DNA of 63,700 nt, counting the filler, from Craspedostauros australis (lineage: Eukaryota), in assembly GCA_030167865.1 (NCBI GenBank). It is 11 parts of 11 records of this genome, joined end to end, with 100 filler letters (N's around TTAATTAATTAA, not from the genome) between each part and the next. Parts side by side here need not be neighbours in the genome. Positions count along the whole stretch, not along the records: positions 1 to 21,305 come from JALAGF010004561.1; positions 21,406 to 24,530 come from JALAGF010004562.1; 9 more parts are not named here. One strand, given 5' to 3'. Both the position numbers and the translations under genes were made by a program. This document shows, piece after piece, positions 10,906-21,844 of the stretch. The notes under the pieces were generated by a model that was not told the DNA's origin, did not search any database, and was given only the letters and a program-made list of their open reading frames with translations. Each line of letters starts with the position of its first letter. Position 1 is the first letter of the stretch.

Positions 10906-12883
10906 CTTGCTTCGTCTTGCTCTTCAACAGCGGCTTCAATTGTGGCTTCAATTGTCCGTCTCCGCGTGATCCTCGTGCTCGTCGTGATCGATCCGCGGAT
11001 GGATAGCGCAGGACCAACGAGGATTATAAGCGGATGTGCTAACAGTGTTCTATGTGCTCCACCTGCAAGGATGGTACGTATGCGGCATGTAGGTGTGTCT
11101 ACCGAGGATGCGGACAAGCAGCTCGTAAGTGTTGCCTCTCTCTCTGTCTCTGTCTCTTGTTCGCTTCCGCCTTCGTCGTGTTATGTTTCGATCTGTTTCA
11201 ATCCAACCGAGAGCGCTTTTCGTTTGCCCGACGAACATGAAGCAAGAAGCGCAACAGTGCGACCGTGTTGGCCACAAGCCCGCTTTAATTTCCACCCGCT
11301 CTCGCGTTTCTGCAGGTACTGACCACGCACCCGTGCGAAACTACCCTGAAACACGTCCTCATCTCTCGTACCATAATTCTGCCGTGTTCTGCCCTCTGTT
11401 TGCAACCTTCCCAGTTGGAAAAACGCCCTCGCGCTCAACACAGAGACGAAGTCCCCACGTTCGTGGTCATTGGGCCTTTCTTGGTCTCGCCGCCGTATTT
11501 CTTGCCGCAATTTGCTTCCCCACCAATTGTATCAGCCACGACTACTAATAGCACTCACCCAACCACCACCACCAAGACCCACGGAGCAAAAAGTCTATTC
11601 GTCCAACCATGACGGACGGGCAGAAAGACTGACGGCGCATTCGACCTTATATTCCGAAGGACCAATTTATCGTTCTTCGTGTTCACGTTGTTGTCCCTTT
11701 CACACATGCCGAGGAGGACGCGAGTGTCGTAGAATCACGTTGCCAAAACTGTGTCCCCATCTCGCATTCCTCCGTCAATGTCCAACATTAAGCCTTCACG
11801 GGAAAAACAACCAGAATCCCATGGGACTTCTACCGAATGCATGACCGCCCCAACAGGGTTTCGATAGTATGTATACTTCTGTCATGACTCCAACCAGTGA
11901 TTCGCCAATCTCTTCCAAATGACTCAGATCACGACCACCCCGGACCATTCTTCCGTCACCGATCTTGCCCTTGTTCGGTTGTTCTTTCGCTTTCTTTGTG
12001 AAGGTTGTTTCTTCTTCCTCTTCTTCTGCGTCAGACCCGTCATGTCGTCTCTGACCATCATGCAAAGAGTCACGGTGCTACCGAGGAATCTTGGCGCTGG
12101 CCGTAACAAGGTGCATTTTACTTCTTGTCTCACTGCTTCGCGGCCATTTCCAAGTACATGAAGAGTAGGAGCAAGACCAAGAACGATGGCACAAGGAGAG
12201 CAGGGTGGAGGGCATAGCTCTTCTTGGTCCATCTGCTCCGGTGCCCTGTGCTGAATTGTTTGCACAGCGTTGCCGAATCAGTTTGAATCATCGGGGTGGG
12301 TTGTGTTTTGCACAGTATCGGCAAAGTGGATCGTCATTGCCATTTCTCAAAACATCAACAGAGTTTGGTGGGAGTGTATTGCATTTCCCCGCTATAGCGC
12401 TTGTCCAACACCGTTTGGAGGTAGAGCACTCGAGCACTTTTGGGGTTGCGACAGAAGTGTTGCCCGTAGATTTCAGCAATCAATCTCCAAGGGCAGGTGA
12501 TCATCCGCCATGGTATCGCACGCGCAGGGCAACAATGGCAACCAAACATCATCACAGCGACAATCACAATCACGATGGCAGAGCAGAACAAAGTGGAATG
12601 AAGCGAAACATTCGCATCCACGTAAGGGTGCAGACGCAAACATTCGGGCTTGCGGGATGTGTTGCTGTGCGTCGAACAGAAAGACAGATATGTCACTACC
12701 AGAGGATGACGGATAGAGCATTCACACACCACCTACCCGTACACTCGTATTGTGGAAGGGCCACCCTCTACCAGTGTCGGCAGAAGACAACGAGTCAAAT
12801 ATGCATGTTTTATGTAGCACCATATGTGTACTGGAGTGTTCAGATATTGATACGGCGTGATCGCGAGTAAGCACCGTGCCGGT

Positions 12884-13378
12884 CTACAAGATCTCGACAG
12901 TATCAGAGGCGGAGGATCCAGTGGCGGCGCTGGCTGCGAAGCTGTGGCCATCATCTCCCGACCTCGAGTTGCCAGCGCTGACGCTGCTGTCAAATTCAGA
13001 TCCGACGTACGTTCCGTGATGCGGGGTATCCAGGCTGTCCACAGTGCTTGGTGCCTTGTCGGATTCTGGTCCGATGCTGTCGGTGTCCTCGATGCTCTTT
13101 GCCAGAGTCATGCGCTGGCGTTTCACCAACGAAACAGCGGCCATGATCAGACCGATGGCCAGCGCCACACCTCCGATGGCCAATCCAGCCGCGAGCCCTG
13201 CCTTGGACTTTCCATTGGACTTGTTGTTGCTGTTGGTTTCGTTCGTATCGGAGGTCTTGGAGTCAGTGTCTTCATCATCATCCTTCTTGTCTTGCGAACC
13301 ATTTGTGTGTGGTGGCTTTGGTGCTCGTCCTTCGAGGAACTCGCAATGTCTGTGGCATAAAGGCCGATGTATAAATAG

Positions 13379-13414
<36 letters not shown>

Positions 13415-15977
13415 CGTACAGGTGTCATTTCAATCATTGAGTGAGTGAGGTGAGTGAGGTGAGTTGGGTGAGTTGATGGAGTGATTGGTCACGAGGCGAA
13501 GGCGGAATGGTCTGGTGAGGAAAAGTCATGCCGGAGGGCAAAGCACCCGCAAATGACGATCGTTTCGGTCCAAAGCCACCCTGCTGAGCTGTCATGGACG
13601 GCCGAGCAATCCAACCCCGGTGCAAGTGAGTGTAAATGATAGCAAAAGCAGCAGCGGTAGCAGTTGCACAGTCAAGCGCGCACACAGAACATCTTGGTGA
13701 CTTACTGTCCCTCGTATCCTGGCTCACATTTGCACCCAGCATGTCTGCATTCGTAAGATCCGTTGTGACGGAATCGTCGGTTTCCCCAGGAAGCAAGGTA
13801 TAATAGTTGCACAATAGAGGATTCGCAGTTGTTGAGCAATGGCAATTGCATCCCGAGACAAGATCAAGACATGTTATCGAAGTTGCGAGACAACGGCGAG
13901 CATACAAAGAGTAGGATGGCATCTGTGAGTTGAAGGAAGGCGATTGATGCCCAATATCCATCAAGTGCAGGGCATCCAACTCGAAGTTTAACGTTTCGAG
14001 CTGATGATGATCGCAACAACACAGATGACCGTCTTGACGTCGTCTGGTGATACCACAATCACAGTCACCGTCACAGCAACAGTGTGGCAGACATAGACGA
14101 TCACAGTGTGACACACATATTTCATTCGTTCACTCACTCTTCATTGTCCTCCACGAATTTCTTGCAGGCTCCGTTGTTGACGCAAAAGGCAAACTCGGCC
14201 TTGCCAGCACCGGGCTGGCCATTGCCTGTGCAGATCTGAGTGGACGAGTACTGGCAGAACTTGCCCGCCTTCTTGTCGATGGGATCGAGGCCCTCGGCGC
14301 AATCGCACTGGTGGGTCTTGCCGATGCCACCCTGTGTCAAGGAGGCGTCGTCGATCTGGTTGATCTCGATGCACTTGCTGCCGTGCAAACACACATGTTC
14401 CCCGCCGTCGCAGACATCGATCTTGTGCTGGCACTTGATGCCAAAGTAGTCGCCGGGACAGACGCAGTGCTCCCAATCAGCGTTGTGCGTTGCGTTGAAC
14501 TCGAAGTTGTCGAGCTCTGGTCCGAATTTGCTGTTCAAGGAGATGTCCTTGAAGCCTTTTCGGCACTTGCCACCGTTGTCGCACTTGAGGGAGCAGGTTG
14601 GTTCTTCGACGGGTTCTTGACCGTTGGTGCGGATCTCGCACAGCGTGCCGGTGAAGCCCTCTGGACACTTGCATCCGAGGTGTCCATTGCCCCTGTATTT
14701 GTTTCGATTGGAGTAGAGGGAGTTTCGCAGACGAGGGGAGCGACGAGTAGAGTCGCAATGTGGATGCGATGGTGTGCATGTGCCCATGTATGGTACATGA
14801 GGATATGGATGAAGATATGGAGAGTGAATCAGTGCATGGAGCAGTGAATGCATCAGTGAATGAATCAGTGAATGGATACATTTGGTGAGATCAATGTGGA
14901 ACAACGTGAACAGCCGTTGCAAATAATGAGACTGAGATCGATAGATGATGAGGATACAAAACCCCGCACAAGTACACAACAGTGCAGAGCCGCCACTTAC
15001 GACTCCGGATCGCACGTTCCACCATTGGCGCAGAAGAGGCGTCCGTTGCTGTCGGCCTCATGCTTGCAGAAGGATGTGGACGTAGCCTGACAATGCTGAC
15101 CACCGAATGATACAACGGTATCGCCCGACGGCCGCAAAGTACCGCACTTGCACCGCCACGTAGGACTGCCACCATCATCAAGGGCCGGCTCACAACTGGC
15201 CGAGTTGAAACAGTACTCATCGCCGCACGGTGCCGACGCGATCTCGCACCGCGGGCCGAACCAACCATCGGCGCACAAACAGTGCATGCCCTCGATGTGC
15301 GGCGTCCAGTAGTTGTCGTAGGCCGAAATGGCGTGCACCTTCTTTCCGAATTGGCATGCTCCGTCGTGGTTGCAGGTGAGGTCACAGTCCGGGACCTCAT
15401 CGGCCTTGTACTGGCAGTTGGGTCCGGTGTAACCCGACAGGCATTCGCATGGCTCGATCTGCTGCTTGAAGTCGGCCTTGCAGGATCCTCCATTGACGCA
15501 GAACTTGTGATTCATGCGTTCGTTGCCAGGATCGCAGAACACGGCCTCATGCTCGCAGTACTTGCCGACGTACGGGACGCCGTTATGACGAGCCTCGGAA
15601 CAGTCGCAGGGAATCTTGTCCTCGTCCATGATGCTGGGATCGATGATGGCGGAAAGGCACGCACCGCCATGGTAGCAGAAGTGCGGATTGGCAGGATTGG
15701 GAGCCGTGCAGGTCTCGAACTTGCGACCGCATCGCAGACCCGTCCAGCCGTCCTCGCAGTCGCAGAACCAACCGTCGCGGCCCGTCTCCTTCAGGAAGGG
15801 CAGTTCCGAGCCGTCCGACAGGTCGTGCTCGCTGAAATCGGACTCGCCCTTCTTGCAGACGGATCCGTTCATGCAGGTCAGCGGGCACGAATCTGCGATG
15901 GTGTCGGTGCCTTCCGCTGAGGCGTTGCCCAGGATGGCGCAGGCCAGCGCCACGCTGAGGAGCTTGAGAGACTGCAT
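12884..15977 (-). CDS. EGF-like repeat type-I membrane protein, 678 aa; exons 15001..15977, 14138..14692, 13706..13744, 12884..13349
   Basis: Signal peptide MQSLKLLSVALACAILGNASA, about ten CxNGGxC...CxC...GxxCE repeats, TM helix GLAAGLAIGGVALAIGLIMAAVSLV then KRQR. Three canonical GT..CAG introns, all phase 2; spliced length 2037 nt is in frame. Confidence 0.9.
13382..13410 (+). repeat. (GT)n microsatellite in intron 3 of the EGF gene
   Basis: About 14 GT units. Confidence 0.95.
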
Positions 15978-17096
15978 CTCTGTCTTCTTCACACTTCAGT
16001 TGGTTTGAGTTGAGTTGAGTTGAGTTGTTACGATGAATAGTGAATGCTGAATTTGTGGGTGATGGGATCTATTCCAACCTGTCTCTCTCTTTCTCACTTC
16101 CCGTGAAGATGATCGTACGGGCAGATTCTGATTCTGTTCGTACCGTCCAGAGTGAAGTACGCAACGTCCTTCTCTTGATTGTTGTTGTTCTTCTTCTTCT
16201 TCTCGTTCTCGTCGCTTATGTGTGCAGATGTTCCACAAGAGGAGCCTGGTGTTGAGCGCTGAGGCAATGCTTCAAAGAATGTTGTGTTGTCAACAAACGT
16301 TGGGTGCAAAGGAAGAGTATGAGTCCTTGTGCTTGTACTTTGTATGGCGCAACGATCGTTTCTTTCACAGGTGTGAGTTGTTCCCTGATTGCTCTCCTCT
16401 TGTTCTTTCTTCACCACAGTGTCCGCTTCGCATGAACTCGCTTCACTCGAACTCACTCCATCACATGTCATTTCATGCAATTCGATTTCGCACACACTCC
16501 TGCTTCCACTCGCATTTCTGTTCGGCATCGCGCATGTGAGAAAGCTGGGGCGGATCGGTGATGGAATGCAACCGTTCCCAACGCTTTCATCATTTGTGCG
16601 CATGTGTCGTTGCATCCAAAATTTTGTTTTGCACGCGTTCTGCATTACAACGTTAAATATGCGTTACAATGCACTCTGTTTTGTCTTGAAGCGCATAAGT
16701 ATAACGTTCATAACGTCCATTTCCGGATAGTCTTGTCCCCTCGCGCCAAAAATGATGAGCCGCGTGACTGATCTCGTGATTTTTGGCCAAATCGATTTGG
16801 GGTGACGATTGTGTCCCGTTCGTTCGTGAACCGAGTTGTTCTTTCATCAACAGCCGTTATTATCCGTTATTTCACATCGCCAACATCCCGCCACAAACGA
16901 AGAGGAAGAAGCGAAGGAAGCGGTTGTGGCGGAACGAAGAACCGCGCGACGACATCACTTGAGTCCTCAATTGTCCGATACGTACTTTCAGGTTGAGAGA
17001 AAGTTCATCCCACCGACAGCGAACGATCTCGTGACGACGATATCTTCACCATCAATACCTGTTGGCGTCAACAATTATCAACACCAATTGACATCG

Positions 17097-17861
17097 ATGG
17101 AGACGACGACAATGGCGAGCAGCAGCAGCAGCAACCGCTGGGAGCAGTTGCCGCCTGGCTGGTCGACTGTGGTGTCGCAAACTGACGGAAGGATGTACTA
17201 TTGGGAGCAGTCCACGGGACGCACGTCCTGGATACATCCGTTGGCGGCATCGGGACAGCCGCACGATGCTCCTGTCACGACGATTCAGCCCATCACGCAG
17301 CAGACAATGTCACAGCCACCGCCTCCTCCGCCGCTTGCCTCGCAAACAACTGCAAACGCAAATGCAGGTGCTTCCCACTTTGTTCCCATCGCACAGGCCA
17401 CACCTGCTGCACAGTGGTGGAATCCGTTCGCACGATCTTCCAACGAGCAACCGCGGCACGTTGCTGGTGCGACACCGTACCTCAATGCAACAACAGTGAC
17501 AACAACAGCACCACAACAACAACACCAGCAGCTGCCTCCGCCGCCTCCACCCTACTCCACACGATTGCTGGACACGCCGTACAATGCGACGCGACGACCC
17601 GAGAGTCATCAATGCTACGCCGTCGTCGCTCTCCTTCTGTGCTTTCCCTTTGGCGTCTGCGCGTGCATTCATTCCCACAACGTCGATGAGGCCTGGAAGG
17701 ATGGGCGTTATGGTGACGCCGTCAATCATTCGCGGCAGGCCAAGAATTACGCCAACTTCGGGTGCCTCGCCGGAGCCATCTTTTGGGTGTACTGGATCTT
17801 CTTCTCGGAGCGTGGTGGGAATCGGTGGGAGTGGCCGAACGACTGGAATCTGTTTGATTGA
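17097..17861 (+). CDS. WW domain plus CD225/dispanin (IFITM-like) membrane protein
   Basis: LPPGWSTVVSQTDGRMYYWEQSTGRTSWIHP (WW) and PESHQCYAVVALLLCFPFGVCACIHS...GDAVNHSRQAK (CD225). First ATG at 17097. Confidence 0.85.
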   Translation: METTTMASSSSSNRWEQLPPGWSTVVSQTDGRMYYWEQSTGRTSWIHPLAASGQPHDAPVTTIQPITQQTMSQPPPPPPLASQTTANANAGASHFVPIAQATPAAQWWNPFARSSNEQPRHVAGATPYLNATTVTTTAPQQQHQQLPPPPPPYSTRLLDTPYNATRRPESHQCYAVVALLLCFPFGVCACIHSHNVDEAWKDGRYGDAVNHSRQAKNYANFGCLAGAIFWVYWIFFSERGGNRWEWPNDWNLFD

Positions 17862-18089
17862 TTGTTCCGTAATTGGTGACATTCGTTCATTCATTCATTC
17901 ATGCATTGATGACATGAGCTGATTCTGGAGTTATCTAATTACTACACAAGAGAATAGAATGGTGTGCTCGTCTTTGCACGTACTCGTTAGTTTGTGCTAT
18001 TGTTGACATACTCGTATTCGCACTATTATGATACACCATCAGCGCGGATCGACGTACCAGCCATGTACGAGTATCGATACCATCGTGAT

Positions 18090-20259
18090 CTAATTGTTTT
18101 GTGTGCCGTCATCTGCAGATGCGCTCAACATGTCCTCCACAGTTCGCACGAAGCCATCGGTGTCCTCCTCGAAGGGATCATGTCCCACGCCTTCCAGCTT
18201 GACGAGGTTCAGATTGTCAAGATGTTTATACTTCGCAAACGTTCGTTCGACGATGGACGGCCGAATGACGGGATCATCGGCGCTGTAGATGACGTGCACG
18301 GATGTGTTGGGCAGCGCGAGGACTCGTTGCACCAGTTCTTCGTCGGAATATCCTTGGCGATTGGAAGCGGCTCTTGCAAAGTTCAATATGCCGCCTTCCC
18401 ATCCTTGCAAGATGGAAGGCCACATGAATGCTATGACGGAGCTCTGTGAGAGCTTGTTCTTCGGATCTGCCCAGCAGAAGGTCAAGCCACGTCTCCAGAA
18501 TCCTTGCTTTCCAACAACTCGGCGTAGGACGTAGGAGGCGGTGGGATCGAACACAGAGCCCCTGAGCTTGGATCGGAGACGCTGGAATGCCGACTTTGCT
18601 CTGTTTGGAGTTGCGTCACCTCTGGCCGTTGTCGCTGCTGCTGTTGTGCTCGTTGGTTGCAAGCCCAACGCAGGCGCCACCAAGACGACCGTCTTGGGCG
18701 TGGACTTCGGAAGGTTGAGTGCCATGTGGAGAGTCGCGATGCTGCCCATGGAATGTCCAAACAGCGCCACGGGTTCGTCATTGGTGTCAGTATCACTGTG
18801 AGCACTGCTGCCATTGGCATTCACAGCTCGCGATGATGTCGATGTCGACGTCGACGATGACGATGCTCGTCTGATGAGTTCCAAGCCGATCTTTGCGGAT
18901 GATGTGAATTGGTAGAGGTCTGATTCATCGTTGCCGTTATGATCCTCCTGTCCATCGTGCATACTTTGATTTGCGTTGTTTTCGCCATTCGCCGCTGGAT
19001 AGCTTGGTTGGTTTGATCGTATGGCTAGTTCCGTGAAACCAAAGCCAACAGCATCATGAGCGAGCCCCACTCTTGCCCCGAGACGATCCGTGAGAGCTGG
19101 GATGGCAGGAAGCCAGGAAAGGGAGTTGGCCCCGAAGCCATGGTTGAAGTACAGCACCTTGAATCTGCGCTTCGTTGAGCTCTGTTGCTGGCTGAGAGGT
19201 GGCACGTACTTCAGATGGTGCACACCTAGCGCGGAGGACGCGGATGGCGGTGCGGTGTCGGAAAGCGAGAATGGAATTCGTTCGAATCTGGAAAGTCTGG
19301 ATGGCAGGAAGTACTGACGCTTGAGGTTAGCGATGGAGATCCGGCTTGGTCCCAGTCCCAGCAGGTCCTGCAGCACCATCTGCGATACAAGCGCCAGCGC
19401 TGCGGTCTGAAAATACGAAAAATGCACGATACAAAGTGGCGGGTAGTACGCAGCAAGAATTGAAATTGATGGTGAGAGAAATGATGGTGATGATGATGTT
19501 ACTTGTGTTTGTCCATGACAAGTGATTCATCGTTGCCTCTGCATCGCAAGGTACCATAGCAAGTTGCAGGCAGAGCTGCGGCAATCACATGAGCACTCTA
19601 TGGCATTGACATCTGTACATGGTAACCGTACAGGCTATTATACGTCACATGGTATTATGTATGGTACTGCTTACCTGAATGAAAAACCTGAGCATCATGC
19701 GCCATCCCTTGATCTGAAGGCTTTCCTTGATGATGGAGGAACACGCCCCGAGGATGTTCTTCGCGAAGGGAACAACGATGCCGGACGCAATCGCTCTCCA
19801 CCTGTCCATGGATATCATGGAGAGGAGCGAAGTGCAGGCGGACACAAGCCACAGACCAAGCGTCGCAAAGATATTGAGCGGCCGGTAGTACGGATGCAAC
19901 GACTGGGGCATGTCGTAGAGCGTTGCGAGATCGGGCATCGGGGTTGGCGTGATGCGAATGGCAGACGAGGCTGGGAAGTCGTACTCTTCGCTCATGTCCG
20001 GCACGAGGACGGAGGAGTGCCGATCCGGATCCGACAGGGTGCCCACCTGCAGGCGAGTGGCGAGCCTTCCCCAAATCGCAGCAGCAGCAGCAGCTGACGA
20101 CGACGGCGGCAATGCCCGCGCATCCACAGGATCGTGGCGATCGCCAGATGGGAGACGAAGGGCCGTGGGGAAGAGCCACGATGTGGTCGCTGCGAAGCCG
20201 CTGTTAGGTGCCATCGTCGTCTTCATCACCTTCAGCGTCCTCGTCGTCTCCTTGACCAT
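18090..20259 (-). CDS. Alpha/beta hydrolase; exons 19675..20259 (or from ATG 20214) and 18090..19406
   Basis: HGFGA oxyanion motif, GHSMG nucleophile elbow, DDPVI acid, GHDPFEE His. Phase-0 intron CAG|GTAAGC...TTTCAG| spans 19407..19674. Start codon uncertain. Confidence 0.85.
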
Positions 20260-20401
20260 TGCGGGAGGCCCGAGATATCGCCTGGGACTGTTGGAGAGCC
20301 GCTTCGATGGCCGAATCAGAGAAGAAGCCCGCAAACTCGTGATGGACTGCGTCTTGGTTGCCTCCGGGTGGACCAAATGGGTTGGCGCAGAATTCGCACA
20401 T
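20204..20401 (-). CDS. 65-aa upstream ORF overlapping the hydrolase start in another frame
   Basis: MCEFCANPFGPP...GDDEDAEGDEDDDGT*, preceded by a C/A-rich leader (CCAACCAC ATG). Confidence 0.35.
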   Translation of the reverse strand: MCEFCANPFGPPGGNQDAVHHEFAGFFSDSAIEAALQQSQAISRASRNGQGDDEDAEGDEDDDGT

Positions 20402-21305
20402 GTGGTTGGTAAGATAATTGTGAAGGGGTGTTGCGTTGTGTTGTGTCGTTGCGTATAGCTCGCGAAGTACAAATGCGCTTCGTTTGTGATGTGGGTCAAT
20501 GTTGATGTGGATCCTCTGTCCTTGGGCTCGTGTCGTACGATTATGTGTGCAAGGTGTGTCTGTGGCGGTTGGCGGGGTCTTTCTGTCGTTTCGTGTTTTT
20601 CTTCGTATGCCGTCTTCGCAGTTCTTCGTGTGTGAGTGTTGCTTCACACCATCGCATCACATCAAGCAGATACGGACGTTATTACCGGTTATTTGAGCGT
20701 TAGACTGGGCACTTGCAGCTGAATCGTACGCAGCAGAGTAGAGACCACATGAGAGGTAAATGGCTCGTGCCTTGAGCTCATAATCCGTTGTTTACTTCTA
20801 ATTCCATGCCTTTTCCCAGTAGGAGAGTTTGGTTTATGAGCCCATTCAGTCACAAACCAACGAGTCGCGGGGGGAGACATTTTTTGGCCAGTTGGTCCGT
20901 CCTTCCGAGGCTCTCGCAGTGCGCCGTGTTGTAGCAATGCTCCGTCGGTCCGACTTTTTGACGAGAACNNNNNNNNNNNNNNNNNNNNNNNNNNNNNNNN
21001 NNNNNNNNNNNNNNNNNNNNNNNNNNNNNNNNNNNNNNNNCATTTCCACCCAATTTGGGCCATGTTTTTGTTGTTCTCGTTCGGCACGTCGCGGAGTTGT
21101 GTTGTGCAAGCGGGCATGCTCGTTTTGGCGAGAACCATCGCCATCGCCCGTAGATTTAGTACTGCATGTTTGTATCGCACATCCGAGCCGTCGCTGCCAG
21201 AACCTTCGCGATTGCTGGTGACCGTGTTGACGGACAGACATATATTTTGCGCTTTTTACTGTTGTCGGTGCGAAAGAGTCGTTTTTGCTTCGGGTGTTTT
21301 TTCAG

Positions 21306-21405
21306 NNNNNNNNNNNNNNNNNNNNNNNNNNNNNNNNNNNNNNNNNNNNTTAATTAATTAANNNNNNNNNNNNNNNNNNNNNNNNNNNNNNNNNNNNNNN
21401 NNNNN
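21306..21405. other. Artificial contig linker N44-TTAATTAATTAA-N44 (also 24531-24630, 33614-33713, 36795-36894, 39628-39727, 43027-43126, 46761-46860, 57810-57909, 59472-59571, 62553-62652)
   Basis: Identical 100-nt spacer carrying six-frame stops, ten copies. Confidence 0.99.
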
Positions 21406-21762
21406 ATGAAGATCATGGATACTGAAGGTGAACTTCAAATGGTAAGTACTCATGGAGTAGGAACCAGTACTGAATGAACGGAGTGTCGAGTGCGGAGTAC
21501 GCATCGAGCACGGAGTATCGTGTGGGACGAGCACACGATGTCGAGAGAGAGAGTACAGAGAGGAGCAAGAGAGGATCTCGCGTACTGACTCATAGTCGGA
21601 GACTGAATCTGCGAATTAGATTGAAGCACCGAGAGCATCGGGCAAGAGAACGGGCGTACACCAAGAGGATTGGAGTAGCCAAGTAATGAAATAGCAACGA
21701 ACGACTATCAACCAACACCATCTTCCACGATCGTAGGTTACCGTGAGCGGAACTTGCCAACA
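21406..21762 (+). repeat. Partial 5' LTR of a copia element (family A)
   Basis: Homologous to ~53150-53509 (+) and to 54594 onwards (-). Ends GGTTACC...ACTTGCCAACA, exactly where homology with the 53509 copy stops. Confidence 0.75.
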
Positions 21763-21844
21763 CGTTTATAAACGATAGATTAGGGCGAGCCCGCGAATCG
21801 TATCGTGCGAGGAAGACGAACATCATTCAAGAGCAGCAGGCTGA

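Noticed and set aside
11300..12850. Short ORFs between genes (also 7000-7900, 27200-28800, 35700-36790)
   Set aside because: No motifs or consistent exon structure that I can support.
21350..21361. Recurring TTAATTAATTAA palindrome as a biological motif
   Set aside because: It is always centred in a 100-nt N spacer; a synthetic six-frame-stop linker. ORF endings in 'LIN' are artefacts.
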